Origin: Alphaproteobacteria bacterium
GTDB lineage: Bacteria; Pseudomonadota; Alphaproteobacteria; UBA8317
Direction: 5' to 3'
Assembly (NCBI GenBank): GCA_038131935.1
Contig: JAYPQH010000018.1
Coordinates: 1 to 64,000, forward strand
Length of the DNA stretch: 64,000 nucleotides
Shown here piece after piece: positions 32,719-44,231 of the stretch (the stretch's first letter is position 1; every line of letters begins with the position of its first letter). A model generated the notes under the pieces. That model searched no databases and was not told where the DNA came from. It was given only the letters and a program-made list of their open reading frames with translations. The position numbers and the translations under genes are program-made.

Positions 32719-33336
32719 ATGATCAAGTATTTTACAAACTTTTGCGTAACGATGTTTTTATTCATAGTAACGTCAACGGCAATGGCATCTGACAGCAAAC
32801 AAAATATCGACTACGGCACGCTTGGGGTAGGAGATCCCAATGCGCCAGTGAAATTTATCGATTACTCCTCATTGACTTGTCCAGCATGTGCAAAATTTCA
32901 CAACGGAACACTGCCCGCATTTAAGGAAAAATATGTAGAAACGGGAAAAGTATATTTCGAATTTCGTGATTTCCCACTGGACTCACTTGCTGCGGCGGCA
33001 GCCATGGTTGCGCGCTGTGCAGGTCCAGATAAGCGCTTGGCTATTGTCGATAAATTGTTCCAAGAGCAGCGAAACTGGCGTTCTGGAGAAACGGGACAAG
33101 AGGTCATCGATAAGGTGATGGCCCTTGCAGAACCATTAGGTTTGCCACGCGCAGATGCAGAGAATTGTTTGAATGACGAGAAGCTATTTAAAGCTGTGTT
33201 GAATGAGCGTGAACGTGGTTTAAACGAAGATGATGTAAAGGCTACCCCTACCCTCATCATTAATGGTGAAAAAATAAGTGGCGCTATGAGTTTAGATGAC
33301 ATCTCTAAAATCGTTGATCGCGCTATGGTTAAATAA
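32719..33336 (+). CDS. DsbA-family thiol-disulfide oxidoreductase
   Basis: Signal peptide, GDPNAPV, YSSLTCPACAKFH, RDFPLD, ATPTLIING. Confidence 0.92.
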   Translation: MIKYFTNFCVTMFLFIVTSTAMASDSKQNIDYGTLGVGDPNAPVKFIDYSSLTCPACAKFHNGTLPAFKEKYVETGKVYFEFRDFPLDSLAAAAAMVARCAGPDKRLAIVDKLFQEQRNWRSGETGQEVIDKVMALAEPLGLPRADAENCLNDEKLFKAVLNERERGLNEDDVKATPTLIINGEKISGAMSLDDISKIVDRAMVK

Positions 33337-33346
33337 TGATCTCACC

Positions 33347-36300
33347 ATGATGGATATCCGCAAACTCCGCCTCACTGGTTTCAAATCATTCGTTGACCCA
33401 ACAGAATTGGTGGTGGATGCGGGTTTGACTGGAGTGGTGGGACCAAATGGATGCGGAAAGTCCAATCTTCTTGAAGCGTTGCGCTGGGCGATGGGGGAGA
33501 ACCGCGCCAAAACCATGCGCGGTGAAGGCATGGAAGATGTCATCTTTGCAGGAACAGATAAAAGGGCTGCAAAATCCTATGCTGAGGTCTCAGTAATTCT
33601 GCGCAATACCACAAGTCTTCATGATGAAGACACAGAATTGCAGGTGTCACGCAGGATTCAACGAGGTGCAGGTTCCGTTTATAGGCTCAACGGCAGAGAA
33701 ACCCGGGCACGAGATGTCCAACATTTATTTGTTCAATCAGGATCTGGCGCCCATTCATCCTCGCTTGTGAGGCAAGGTCAAATTGCCCAAATTATACAAG
33801 CCAAACCTATGGATCGACGTATCATCATTGAAGAAGCTGCGGGGATCGGAGGACTACAGTCGCGCCGTCGGGAAGCTGAGCTTAAACTAAAGCAATCACA
33901 AGACAACCTGAGTGAAATTCAAGATCTAGAAGATAACCTGACAAAACAAATCCAATCTCTTCAACGACAGGCCAAACAAGCCCTTCGCTACCGAGAATTG
34001 TCCGACGACATTCGTGTATTGGAGCGCTCTTTGTTCATTCTGCGTCTTGTTGAACAACGTAATCAGCAGCATCAGACCGACCACGCCTTAAGGACAACAT
34101 TACAGGAGCTATCGCAAGCGCGGGCAGATCACAACAAACAAAAAGAAGCTGTTCTAGCCTGCGACGAAGCTCTTGAACCCATGCAAAAAGAACAACAAAT
34201 CGCGACAACACTACTTGCCACAGCGCAATTCCAAAGCCAGCAATGCCAAGAACAAATTCGAACCTATCAAGCACGTTCACAACAGTTACAGACGGAGGCC
34301 GCAAGGCTTCAAGCAGATCAAGAGGCATGGGAACAAGATCATCATGCGATCGAGGAAGAACAGGAACATATTGAAGCCCGCTTGCAGCATGTTCAATTGC
34401 AGCAACAACATGGCAATGATGAAGCCCTTGTTGCAGAGATAACCAAACTTACAGAACAACTTGCTGAGGTGGAGAACCGCCTATCACAAATGCGCGAAAA
34501 CCGTGCAATTAGAAGACATCAAGCCACGCAGCATAAAGCCGCTCAAGATAAATTACATTCAGAGCTTCGCCGTTTATCACAGCAATTAGAACAGGCTCAA
34601 ATGAGTTTGAAGCAGGCACAACATCGCCTTCAAGAGCTTGAACAAAAAAATATATGGACGGAACGACTCACAGAAATTGATCAATCTCTGCAAAATTTGA
34701 ACAAGGAGAAAGTAGAATTTCAATCCCAGCAAGTAACCCATCAAGAAGAGCTTACACACAAGGACAACGCACTATCTGAAGCCAGGAAACAACATGAAAG
34801 CCTGCAAGCTCAACGGATAGGACTTGAAAAACTTATCACGGCAGCACAACCAGAACGTGAAGATGCTCTTGCTCACCTCATACATGTTGATGAGGTTTAT
34901 GCTGAAGCCCTTGCTGCAGGGCTTGGCCAAGGCCTAGAGGCAGGGGCTGATGATGCGAAACCAGGCGCTTTCTGGCTTCCATCTCCCCCAAAGACGCCTG
35001 CCATGGTGGATAGCCTCTCCGCTTTTGTACAAGCACCCGAGTATGCTCAGACAGCCCTTAACCTTGGGCGCGTGAGAGAGTGTCTTGCAGATGCAGTGAG
35101 AGACGCCTCCCAGCTGAAGCCGGGTGAGTATTTTGTAACCCGTAAAGGCGACATCGTGCGTTTCGACGGTCTGGTGATACCTGCCGGTGGAAACACCGCA
35201 CAGGCAGCATTTTTAAAACATTCTGAACAACTGCGACAAGTTAAAAAACAACTTAAAGAGGCCGTGCTTGTTGTACAAAATGCACAAAAAGAAAGAGATG
35301 ATGTACACAAATATTTGCAACAGTTACGTGACCAATTGCATCACATTGATCGCATACATGAGGCTTTAATACGGGAACAACATCAGCAGCATGAGGCTTT
35401 GTTACATCATGAACGTCAACTTTCCACAGTCATGCTGGAACTTAAAAATGGCGAGCAAGAATGCACAAGGCTAGAGAAAGCTGTTGATGGGACAAAACAA
35501 CAACTTATTGAACTTGAAAAAACAAGTTTAGAACTTGAAAATCCCGAACATGAAGATGCTGCGATAAGTGACGCCCAACGTAATCGTGAAGCCATTCAAG
35601 CGCGCCGGTTAAAATCCCAAGAAACATTGACCCAGCGTCAAGGCGAAAGGCGCGCCTACGAGCAAAACCTATCCGAGTGCATGCGACAGAAGGAGCTGGT
35701 TGAAAAACGAGCCCAACAACATGAAGTCAGGCAAGAAAGTCTGAATGCTGCCTACAGGTCTTACCAAAGCCGTAAGCAGGAACTTGGCAAAGCGCCCCCT
35801 GAGCATGAAAGGATTCGCCTAGAAAAGGAAATTGGCTTGCATAAACAGAGACTTGACCAAGCCGAGAAAAAGCTTGCTGACATTTACGAGGAACGGCAGC
35901 AATGGCTTGAAACAGGACAACAACTTGCAACAAACATAGGCCGATTAACTGAGAAAAAAGACCAACTCATTCATCAAAAAGAGGAAATAACGGCATCACT
36001 TGCAAAAGCTTATGACGAATCGCTGGATCTTTATCGCACGTCATTTGATGATCTTCTGCATATCCATGGCGTTCCCGAAGAAGATGTGGAGACCCTCGAA
36101 ATTTTGTGCAGCAGAAAACAAAGAGAACGCGAAGCCATGGGGCCGGTCAACCTCCGAGCTGACTTGGAAATCGAGGAGTTGTCAGAGCACAAGCAGACCA
36201 TGACAGGGCAGCGTGAGGAACTCGAGACGGTTATTGCACAGTTGCATAGCGCTATACAAAAATTAAACCGTGAGGGTGATAAAAGGCTTCAAGCCGCATT

Positions 36301-36790
36301 TGACCGCGTCAACAATCATTTCCAGTCACTATTCCAACTCTTGTTCGAGGGGGGTGAGGCAAGCCTTACGCTGATTCGTGGTGACGATCCTTTGGATGTG
36401 GGGATCGATATTCATGCACAACCGCCGGGTAAAAAGACAAAAGCCATGACTTTGCTGTCTGGAGGCGAGCAGACCCTAACAGCTTTGGCTCTTATCTTTG
36501 CTGTCTTTTTGACCAATCCATCCCCTATTTGTGTTTTGGATGAAGTTGATGCTCCCTTAGATGATGCCAATGTTGATCGCTTTTGTCGCATGGTACGCAA
36601 TATTTCGCGGCAAACTGGCACAAAATTTCTGATCATCACGCACCATCCTCTCACAATGGCGCGTATGGATAGGCTTTATGGGGTTACAATGGCAGAGCGC
36701 GGTGTATCCCAATTGGTAACCGTTGATCTTCATGCCGCAACAGCCATCATCAAACCAACCAAAGAGACTGAGCTTCCTCAATCGGCCTGA
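33347..36790 (+). CDS. smc: Chromosome segregation protein SMC
   Basis: GFKSF, GPNGCGKSN, long coiled coils, LLSGGE, LDEVDAPLD. Confidence 0.96.
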   Translation: MMDIRKLRLTGFKSFVDPTELVVDAGLTGVVGPNGCGKSNLLEALRWAMGENRAKTMRGEGMEDVIFAGTDKRAAKSYAEVSVILRNTTSLHDEDTELQVSRRIQRGAGSVYRLNGRETRARDVQHLFVQSGSGAHSSSLVRQGQIAQIIQAKPMDRRIIIEEAAGIGGLQSRRREAELKLKQSQDNLSEIQDLEDNLTKQIQSLQRQAKQALRYRELSDDIRVLERSLFILRLVEQRNQQHQTDHALRTTLQELSQARADHNKQKEAVLACDEALEPMQKEQQIATTLLATAQFQSQQCQEQIRTYQARSQQLQTEAARLQADQEAWEQDHHAIEEEQEHIEARLQHVQLQQQHGNDEALVAEITKLTEQLAEVENRLSQMRENRAIRRHQATQHKAAQDKLHSELRRLSQQLEQAQMSLKQAQHRLQELEQKNIWTERLTEIDQSLQNLNKEKVEFQSQQVTHQEELTHKDNALSEARKQHESLQAQRIGLEKLITAAQPEREDALAHLIHVDEVYAEALAAGLGQGLEAGADDAKPGAFWLPSPPKTPAMVDSLSAFVQAPEYAQTALNLGRVRECLADAVRDASQLKPGEYFVTRKGDIVRFDGLVIPAGGNTAQAAFLKHSEQLRQVKKQLKEAVLVVQNAQKERDDVHKYLQQLRDQLHHIDRIHEALIREQHQQHEALLHHERQLSTVMLELKNGEQECTRLEKAVDGTKQQLIELEKTSLELENPEHEDAAISDAQRNREAIQARRLKSQETLTQRQGERRAYEQNLSECMRQKELVEKRAQQHEVRQESLNAAYRSYQSRKQELGKAPPEHERIRLEKEIGLHKQRLDQAEKKLADIYEERQQWLETGQQLATNIGRLTEKKDQLIHQKEEITASLAKAYDESLDLYRTSFDDLLHIHGVPEEDVETLEILCSRKQREREAMGPVNLRADLEIEELSEHKQTMTGQREELETVIAQLHSAIQKLNREGDKRLQAAFDRVNNHFQSLFQLLFEGGEASLTLIRGDDPLDVGIDIHAQPPGKKTKAMTLLSGGEQTLTALALIFAVFLTNPSPICVLDEVDAPLDDANVDRFCRMVRNISRQTGTKFLIITHHPLTMARMDRLYGVTMAERGVSQLVTVDLHAATAIIKPTKETELPQSA

Positions 36791-36964
36791 GGTTACCAAA
36801 GCTTATTCGGGAAAACTTTCGTCGTAATTGCTCCGAAATCAGCAAATGAAGCGTAATATGGAGCTTGACGTCCAGTACTCAGCAACTTTATGAAGGCGCT
36901 GTTTGTTGCTTGTCTTCTATTTGGTATATATTACCATTCACACGACTGTCTGGAACGGATGTAG

Positions 36965-37288
36965 ATGAGTGAACGTAACACTGATGATATTAATGACCTT
37001 GCTGCGCGTTTAGACAGTATAAAAAAGACGCGCGCGACGTCAGAAATTGCTGGCCAGAGGCGCAATAAGGGTCTTGGTTTGGCAATGCGTATGGGAATAG
37101 ACTTAGTTGCGGCTTGTTTTGTGGGCGGCTTTTTAGGTCATCTTATGGATCAAGCTCTTGGTACAAGGCCTTGGTTCATGTTGGGAATGTTTATCGTGGG
37201 CGTTGTGGCTGGAATGCGCAACATGGTCCGCTCGGCATATGAAGCTCAAGAGGCTGTATCGAAAGAGCAGGCCTCCAAAGAAGGTTAA
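36965..37288 (+). CDS. atpI: ATP synthase accessory protein I (AtpZ/AtpI)
   Basis: Two TM segments, GHLMDQALGTRPW; first gene of the F0 operon. Confidence 0.88.
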   Translation: MSERNTDDINDLAARLDSIKKTRATSEIAGQRRNKGLGLAMRMGIDLVAACFVGGFLGHLMDQALGTRPWFMLGMFIVGVVAGMRNMVRSAYEAQEAVSKEQASKEG

Positions 37289-37300
37289 GAGGAGCCATAC

Positions 37301-38038
37301 ATGGCAAGTGAAGGTAAGGTCTTTGACCCTATGCACCAATTCGAGATCGTTTCTTATGTTGATCTTGGCCCGTTCGACTTTACCAATTCATCATTATGGA
37401 TGTTTATTTCCGTGGCATTGGTCTCTGTCATTATTGGCCTTGGATCATCAGGGCGGGCGTTGGTACCGACAAGATGGCAATCCATTGCGGAATTATCTTA
37501 CGAGTTTGTGGCAGGCATGATCAGATCAACTGCAGGAAATGAAGGATTGAAGTATTTTCCGATTATTTTCACGTTGTTCATGTTCGTCTTGTCTGCGAAT
37601 TTGCTTGGCATGATGCCCGCAAGCATTGGAGCATTCACAACCACCAGCCATGTAGCTGTGACACTTACCATGGCTTTGGTTGTATTTTTTGCTGTGACAA
37701 TTTTAGGGTTTGTTAAACATGGGCCGGGCTACTTGAAGCTTTTTGTGCCACATGGTGTTCCTATGACCATCTTGCCTATCGTGGTCGTTATTGAAATTGT
37801 ATCATATCTCAGCAGGCCTATCACATTATCCGTTCGTTTGTTCGCCAATATGTTAGCCGGTCACACCATGTTGAAGGTGTTAGGTGGATTCGTTGTGCTA
37901 ATGGGTGTTGGTGGAATATTGCCACTGACAATATTAGTAGGTATCACAGCCTTAGAATTCTTAATTGCTTTCTTGCAGGCGTACGGTTTTACAATTTTGG
38001 CGTGTATTTATCTCAATGATGCCTTGCATTTGCATTAA
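37301..38038 (+). CDS. atpB: ATP synthase F0 subunit a
   Basis: DPMHQF, FTNSS, SVRLFANMLAGH, LQAY. Confidence 0.97.
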   Translation: MASEGKVFDPMHQFEIVSYVDLGPFDFTNSSLWMFISVALVSVIIGLGSSGRALVPTRWQSIAELSYEFVAGMIRSTAGNEGLKYFPIIFTLFMFVLSANLLGMMPASIGAFTTTSHVAVTLTMALVVFFAVTILGFVKHGPGYLKLFVPHGVPMTILPIVVVIEIVSYLSRPITLSVRLFANMLAGHTMLKVLGGFVVLMGVGGILPLTILVGITALEFLIAFLQAYGFTILACIYLNDALHLH

Positions 38039-38097
38039 AAACACGTCATCAACAGTTCCAGTTTTCGAAGAAACCAACCACTTTTAGGAGATTAAAT

Positions 38098-38337
38098 ATG
38101 GAAATCGAAGCAGCCCAATATCTTGGTAAATATGTTGGTGCAGGCCTTGCCGCGTTGGCATTGTTGGGTACTGGTGTCGGAATCGGCAGCGTCTTCTCAA
38201 GCTACTTGGCTGGTGCATTGCGCAACCCAGGTGCAGCACAGCAGCAGTTCCCAAACTTGTTGATCGGTGCCGCCCTCGTCGAAGCAACAGGTTTGTTTGC
38301 ATTGGTTGTCGCCTTGATCTTGATCTTTGTTGCGTAA
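38098..38337 (+). CDS. atpE: ATP synthase F0 subunit c
   Basis: GTGVGIG, ALRNP, ALVEATG (conserved Glu). Confidence 0.96.
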   Translation: MEIEAAQYLGKYVGAGLAALALLGTGVGIGSVFSSYLAGALRNPGAAQQQFPNLLIGAALVEATGLFALVVALILIFVA

Positions 38338-38360
38338 GTAAACCTTGCCCTTTTGGACCG

Positions 38361-38388
38361 AGGTAGGCCCGGTGGCCTACCTTTCCTT
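38361..38388 (+). terminator. Stem-loop after atpE
   Basis: AGGTAGGCC-cggt-GGCCTACCT followed by TTCCTT. Confidence 0.6.
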
Positions 38389-38414
38389 GTAACATTGTAT
38401 GTTGGGAGCTACAT

Positions 38415-38894
38415 ATGCCCCAGTTGGATTTTTCCACGTTTCCATCACAGATCTTTTGGCTGATCATTACGTTTGGTTTGTTATATCTTATCCTGGCTAA
38501 GAATTTCTTGCCCAGGATTGGTTCTGTTCTCGAACAGCGACGTGATACTGTTGATCACGACCTGATGAAGGCTCAACAACTTCGTGAAGAAGCACAGCAA
38601 GCTTTGGAAGAATACGAAGAAGCTCTTGTTCAAGCCCGCTCAGATGCACAGCGTTTGGCGCAGGAAGTGCGTGACGAAATTGCGAAGATAGCTGCAGAAC
38701 AAGAGGCACAAGCCATGGAAAAAATTTCTGCGCGTATGGTGAAAGCAGAGGAAGAATTGGCACAGCTTAGGAAAAATGCTGAAGAGCAGCTTCCAGAGAT
38801 TGTTGCTGATGTTGGTGCTGCTTTACGTGACCAATTTGCCCCTAACATTAACAAACGTTCATTCACTGCTGCCATAAAAGCACAACTGCGCTGA
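38415..38894 (+). CDS. ATP synthase F0 subunit b'
   Basis: MPQLDFSTFPSQIFWL...LPRIGSVLEQR, followed by coiled coil. Confidence 0.93.
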   Translation: MPQLDFSTFPSQIFWLIITFGLLYLILAKNFLPRIGSVLEQRRDTVDHDLMKAQQLREEAQQALEEYEEALVQARSDAQRLAQEVRDEIAKIAAEQEAQAMEKISARMVKAEEELAQLRKNAEEQLPEIVADVGAALRDQFAPNINKRSFTAAIKAQLR

Positions 38895-38904
38895 GGTCTC
38901 TGAT

Positions 38905-39390
38905 ATGTTTTCCAATGCTGCTTTCTGGGTTGATATCTCTTTACTCATTCTGGTGTTAGGATGTGTTTGGCTCGGTGTGCATAAAAAAATTCTGGCTGCA
39001 TTGGATGCACGTTCAGAGTCCATTCGTTCAGAATTAGACCAAGCGCGCCAGCTGCGTGAAGATGCGAATGCTTTATTGGCGAAGTATCAGCGCCAGAAGA
39101 AGGAAGCTGAAGATCAGGCACAGGTCATTCTCGATAATGCTCGACGCGACGCTCAGGCGCAACTTGAGCAAGCTAAAATTGATATTGAAGCAAGAACACA
39201 AGCACGCATTCGTGCTGTTGAACAGAAAATTGCCAACAGCCAATCAGAAATCATTCGCGACCTACGTCATCAGGCGATTGACATGGCATTTGCGGCACTT
39301 CGTCAAGTCGCTTATGAGAAATTTGATGAGAAGCAAGCCAAGGAACAAAATAGCCTGTCCATCAAAAATCTTGAAGGACGCCTGCACTAA
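38905..39390 (+). CDS. atpF: ATP synthase F0 subunit b
   Basis: FWV TM segment, LDARSESIRSELDQARQLREDA. Confidence 0.93.
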   Translation: MFSNAAFWVDISLLILVLGCVWLGVHKKILAALDARSESIRSELDQARQLREDANALLAKYQRQKKEAEDQAQVILDNARRDAQAQLEQAKIDIEARTQARIRAVEQKIANSQSEIIRDLRHQAIDMAFAALRQVAYEKFDEKQAKEQNSLSIKNLEGRLH

Positions 39391-39472
39391 TCCATTTCCA
39401 TATGGTTAAAAGCTTTTGTTCATGTTGGATGCTACTGACCTTAAAAAGCATGGGAACCATGTGAACAACGTT

Positions 39473-39946
39473 TCATTGCGTGGAGTCTCCTACCGGATTT
39501 AAAAACCCACTCATCAGGGTGATGTTTTGGTTCTCTGGGCTGTTGCTCATCACAAAGTCTTCCACCACCTCGAAGGTTCTTCCTTTGCGCCCTTCAATAG
39601 GAATCTCTAAACCCAGAACGCGTCGGTCTAAGACCTGGTCTTGCGCATCTACCCGGACCACGAAAATGGGCATTCTTATTGTTTTGTCCTCATCATCCAT
39701 TTGACTGTAGGTAAATTCCAGTTTGACTGCGGCCACAATATCGTTCCCCTCTTGAACACAGGCGGTCTGGGCATAACTCATATCCACCGTGATCCCATCT
39801 TTGAAGGTTCGTTCTGCTCCTTTTAAGATAGCTCCTTTGGGACAAAATATGTCACCTTTCTTTGAACCAATCCCCATCTGTGCACAGCCTGCGAGAATCA
39901 TCGCGGTAGAGATCAACCCAAGATATGTTTTTGAACTGGTTTTCAC
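39473..39946 (-). CDS. Hypothetical lipoprotein
   Basis: Lipobox LAGC after a hydrophobic signal sequence; divergent from ispH. Confidence 0.7.
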   Translation of the reverse strand: MKTSSKTYLGLISTAMILAGCAQMGIGSKKGDIFCPKGAILKGAERTFKDGITVDMSYAQTACVQEGNDIVAAVKLEFTYSQMDDEDKTIRMPIFVVRVDAQDQVLDRRVLGLEIPIEGRKGRTFEVVEDFVMSNSPENQNITLMSGFLNPVGDSTQ

Positions 39947-40053
39947 GACATAAACCTTTCAAGATGGTGGAGAAACTTTAAGCTTAGCCTAGAATTCTTT
40001 CATGAGGCTTGGCATAAGTTCTTGTAAACCATAAACCAAGTAGAGAGTAGAGC

Positions 40054-41012
40054 ATGCAACGAAATGAACAAAATAAAGATCTAGAAATCGTTCTTGCTGC
40101 TCCACGTGGGTTTTGCGCAGGGGTAGATCGCGCCATTCAAATTGTTGAACAAGCCATTAGAAAATTTGGTGCTCCTGTTTATGTACGCCATGAAATTGTG
40201 CATAACCGCTATGTTGTTGAGCGTTTAGAGGCTTTAGGGGCGATATTTGTTGAGGAGCTTGACGAAGTTCCTACAGAGTCTCCGGTTATTTTTTCAGCAC
40301 ATGGCGTTCCAAAATCTGTTCCTGCAGAAGCAAAGCGAAGAGAAATGACATTCGTTGATGCCACCTGCCCTTTGGTTTCAAAGGTTCATATTGATGCGGA
40401 GCGCCATTATGAGCGGGGCCATCATGTACTACTCATAGGCCATGCAGGACATCCTGAAGTTCTCGGCACCATGGGGCAGTTACCTGATGGAAGTATGACC
40501 CTCGTTGAAACCGTAGAGGATGTTCAAAACATCACACCACCAAGCAAGCAGCTGGCCTATGTCACACAAACAACTTTATCTGTAGATGATACCCAAGAGA
40601 TCGTGGATGCCCTGCGTCAAAGGTTTCCAGATATCCAAGAACCTCACAAAGACGATATTTGTTATGCAACCACCAATAGACAAAAAGCCGTTCATGAACT
40701 TGCAAACCAAGTGGATGCCATCATTGTTGTAGGTGCACCAAATTCCTCCAACTCTCTAAGACTTGTGGAAAAGGCCAAAATGTCTGGTTGTCCCATGCCA
40801 TTCTTGTTCAGACCGTCAATGATTTGCCATCTGATTTCTCAGAAAAATTCAGTAAAATAGGAATTACAGCTGGGGCCTCTGCCCCTGAAATTTTGATTGA
40901 ACAAATTATTGAAAAATTGTCCGACAAGCGTCATGCACATATAAGAGAACATGTTGTTGCCCGCGAAGATGTCATTTTCAAGTTACCACGATTGCTGCGC
41001 GAGACGCATTAA
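40054..41012 (+). CDS. ispH: 4-hydroxy-3-methylbut-2-enyl diphosphate reductase (frameshift near 40793)
   Basis: [40 protein letters not shown] is in the second ORF; one missing C joins the two. Confidence 0.96.
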
Positions 41013-41977
41013 TGGCTGTATTCACAGAAGTCGACAATAAAGAACTGGAAGAATTCTGGTCAGGGTACCATTTGGGAGAGATCCTCAGCATCAATGGTAT
41101 TGCTGAAGGCGTTGAAAACTCAAATTTTTTTATTCAAACAACAGATAAACGCTATATTCTCACTCTATTTGAGAAGCGGGTTAAACCAGAAGACCTACCC
41201 TATTTTGTTGGGCTGATGGATCATGTGAGCCAGCAAGGGTTTTCATGTCCACAACCCATGTTTCCACATAACGCCAACCCAATAGGCTCCTTATCAAACA
41301 GACCCGCTCTGGTAACGTCATTCCTTCACGGCCTATCTGTTAAAAAACCTACGGTTTCTGACTGCCACATGTTGGGACAAGCGTTGGCGCAATTTCATGG
41401 AGCTGCATCTGGATTCAAAATGCATCGCCCTAATAATTTATCTTATCCTAGCTGGGTGGAGATGTATCAGCATTTAGAAGAAAAACTTTTGAAGCATGAC
41501 CCCACAGGTGCATCATTATGCCAGCAAGCTTTATTGCGCTTATCCCAAGAATGGCCAGGGGGACTGCCCTACGGTCATATTCATGCAGATCTCTTTCCTG
41601 ACAATGTTTTTTTTCGACAGGGACAAGTTTCAGGTTTCATTGATTTCTATTTTGCATGCCAAGATATGTTGGCCTATGATATTGCAATTTGTATTAATGC
41701 TTGGTGTTTTGAGCCTGATGGTAGTTTAAACGTCACCAAATCTTCATCTTTACTTTCTGGATACCAAACTGTTCGTTCACTAGAAAACGCAGAGCGTGAA
41801 GCTTTAGGGCTTTTATGTTTAGGGTCCTCGTTACGTTTTTACCTCACACGGGCTCATGACCTTATTCATCATGACCCTAATTGGTTGGTAACACCCAAAA
41901 ACCCCCACGATTATATCTTAAGAATGCGCACCCATTTGCGTGCAAATGGGGCTTCTGACTATGGATTATGGTCATGA
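41012..41977 (+). CDS. thrB: Homoserine kinase (type II)
   Basis: [35 protein letters not shown]. Confidence 0.94.
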   Translation: MAVFTEVDNKELEEFWSGYHLGEILSINGIAEGVENSNFFIQTTDKRYILTLFEKRVKPEDLPYFVGLMDHVSQQGFSCPQPMFPHNANPIGSLSNRPALVTSFLHGLSVKKPTVSDCHMLGQALAQFHGAASGFKMHRPNNLSYPSWVEMYQHLEEKLLKHDPTGASLCQQALLRLSQEWPGGLPYGHIHADLFPDNVFFRQGQVSGFIDFYFACQDMLAYDIAICINAWCFEPDGSLNVTKSSSLLSGYQTVRSLENAEREALGLLCLGSSLRFYLTRAHDLIHHDPNWLVTPKNPHDYILRMRTHLRANGASDYGLWS

Positions 41978-42420
41978 ATCAGAGGGTCATCATTTATACT
42001 GATGGCGCCTGCCAAGGAAACCCTGGTCCGGGGGGATGGGGGGTTGTTTTACGATATGGTGATGCTGAAAAAACACTTCATGGTGGTCAACCTGACACCA
42101 CCAACAATAGAATGGAGCTCATGGCTGCCATTAAGGGCTTAGAGCAATTGAAAAGACCTTGCAGCGTCGATCTTTATACCGATTCTGTCTACGTGCGTGA
42201 TGGCATCACAAAATGGATACATGGCTGGCAAAAAAACAATTGGCGAACAAGCAACAAAAAGCCGGTTAAGAACGAGGATCTTTGGAAAATATTATGGCCC
42301 CTCACGCAAAAACATAATGTCACGTGGCATTGGGTGAAAGGACATGCCGGGAACCCAGATAACGAGCGAGCGGATGCGCTCGCCCGTCAAGGCGCTCAGG
42401 AATTGAGCAACGTGAATTAA
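41974..42420 (+). CDS. rnhA: Ribonuclease HI
   Basis: [39 protein letters not shown]. Confidence 0.97.
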   Translation: MNQRVIIYTDGACQGNPGPGGWGVVLRYGDAEKTLHGGQPDTTNNRMELMAAIKGLEQLKRPCSVDLYTDSVYVRDGITKWIHGWQKNNWRTSNKKPVKNEDLWKILWPLTQKHNVTWHWVKGHAGNPDNERADALARQGAQELSNVN

Positions 42421-42899
42421 AGGCGTTCCAACACAGCTTCGACGGAGGTTTCCTCGAAAACACCTGGACCATCGATATGGAGTGACGTCACAACACCATT
42501 TTCAATAACCATGGCGTAGCGTTTTGAACGCAAACCCAAGCCTGCACCGGACGCATCCATTTCAAGACCCATGGCTTTTGCCAATTCAGCATTACCGTCA
42601 GAAAGCATATCAACCTTGCCAGCAGCCTGATTATCCTGACCCCAAGCTTTCATCACAAACGGGTCGTTCACAGCAATACATGCTACTTTGTCGATACCTT
42701 TTGCTTTCACCGCATCAGAACGCTCAACGAATCCTGGCAAATGCTTTGCTGAACAGGTTGGGGTATAAGCACCCGGTACAGAGAACAAAACAACCTTGGC
42801 ACCTGCACAGTACTCAGCGAAATCAAATTTCTCTGGGCCATTTTCACCAATTGTGAACACCGGTACAGATGGAACATTTTGACCAACAGCAATACTCAT
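42417..42899 (-). CDS. Peroxiredoxin (Prx5-like)
   Basis: [30 protein letters not shown]. Confidence 0.93.
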   Translation of the reverse strand: MSIAVGQNVPSVPVFTIGENGPEKFDFAEYCAGAKVVLFSVPGAYTPTCSAKHLPGFVERSDAVKAKGIDKVACIAVNDPFVMKAWGQDNQAAGKVDMLSDGNAELAKAMGLEMDASGAGLGLRSKRYAMVIENGVVTSLHIDGPGVFEETSVEAVLERL

Positions 42900-42966
42900 A
42901 GAAAAATCCTTTCAAAGATATAAGCAGAACTACTTATTATGTATCTCTGATATGCAACCCGTTGCA

Positions 42967-43651
42967 CTAATTTTCCAGTGCTACATCAATAAAGAACCAT
43001 TTATTTTTTAACAAAACACCCAATTTCTCAATTCGGTGGGGTGCGTTAGCACCAAAATCCAACCATTTGGCTTTGCTTCCGATGTCTTGGGCGGATATAT
43101 ACAAGTCGCTATAACCAACTGGCTGGGCGATAAATACCTCCTGAACATCTTGAAAGGTTTGTTAAAAATTCTTGCACGATTTCAAGAGGCCAAGGTTGAT
43201 CTTGTACGATTTGCTTTGCTCCGGCAAATGGTGCACGTGATAGCTGTTCACCATGTAAATCAGCAATATCAAGCACGAGGTGATGAGGGATACAGAGCTC
43301 GGCACAAAAACCAACGTAAAAATCCAATCGTCCCTCTAAAACTGGCAAGCTGGTGCGTAAAATAGCTTGGTTACCATAGCCAAGATAACTACCTCCTGAG
43401 GACAAAAATAAACGTTCAGGTTTTGAACCCTCTAAATTCAGAGCATCATTGTTGAATATCAATTGCGGAGGGAAACCTAGTGGACCTGGATTGGTGGCGT
43501 AGGTGGTATGACCCGGTGACGGGGTGAGGGATATATAAAGGGTGTGATCATCACGAGATAGCGACACAATGCCACCATCGAGCTTTTTTGTGATGGCAAG
43601 CAGATTGTCTGGCCTAGCTAGTACAAGGAGTGCTACCAACAGCAGAAACAT
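42967..43651 (-). CDS. DsbD N-terminal-domain-like periplasmic protein (probable frameshift near 43155)
   Basis: Signal peptide from ATG 43651, GHTTYATNPGPLGFPP, GFCAELCIP; an alternative frame continues to TAG at 42967. Confidence 0.65.
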
Positions 43652-43673
43652 CACTCTCGTAGGATGATAAGTT

Positions 43674-44231
43674 ATGCAAGAACTCCTAGGTCGTATCATT
43701 GTTGCTGCCCCCAATATGATAGATAAAAATTTTGCCCGGACAGTCATATATATTGCCAATGCTGAGAAAGGCGATGGCGTTCTAGGTTTTGTCATCAATA
43801 GACCAAGTCGCGTCAAACTGCGCGATATCGCCGAGCAAATTCACGTCCAAGCTGTGGAACCACATGCATCAGCTCAAATTTATCATGGTGGCCCTGTTGG
43901 CGTCCAGCAAGGTTTTGTTCTGCACTCGCCTGATTATGCAGATAAGCAAACCCTCCGAAACCATCATCGGGGGGTGTATATGTCCAACAGTCTTGACGTC
44001 ATGAGGGCCATTGCGCGTAACCAAGGTCCTAAATCTTATCGGCTTTTGTTAGGTTATGCTGGCTGGGGTGATGGGCAGCTCACAGAGGAAGTCAAACGAC
44101 ATGATTGGTTAATCTCGCCATTTTCCATTGATTATATTTTTGGCACACCTATTCCAGACCTTTGGCAAAAGCTTATTGATCAAATGAATATAAATATTGC
44201 TGGCTATTCTGACATAAGCGGATCGGCATGA
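43674..44231 (+). CDS. YqgE/AlgH (DUF179) protein
   Basis: FARTVIY, GFVINRP, GGPV, GFVLHS, LGYAGWGDGQL. Confidence 0.92.
   Translation: MQELLGRIIVAAPNMIDKNFARTVIYIANAEKGDGVLGFVINRPSRVKLRDIAEQIHVQAVEPHASAQIYHGGPVGVQQGFVLHSPDYADKQTLRNHHRGVYMSNSLDVMRAIARNQGPKSYRLLLGYAGWGDGQLTEEVKRHDWLISPFSIDYIFGTPIPDLWQKLIDQMNINIAGYSDISGSA

Noticed and set aside
33347-36790. SMC-like defence system (Wadjet/Lamassu)
   Set aside because: Canonical SMC motifs in the conserved DUF721-dsbA-smc context, with no accessory nuclease genes.
38098-38337. Na+-translocating ATP synthase
   Set aside because: The c subunit has E-A-T rather than the E-S/T Na+ signature, consistent with proton coupling.
40780-40860. Split ispH as a pseudogene or programmed frameshift
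   Set aside because: A single missing C in a C-run restores an enzyme of the MEP pathway; no slippery-site structure; same error type as elsewhere.
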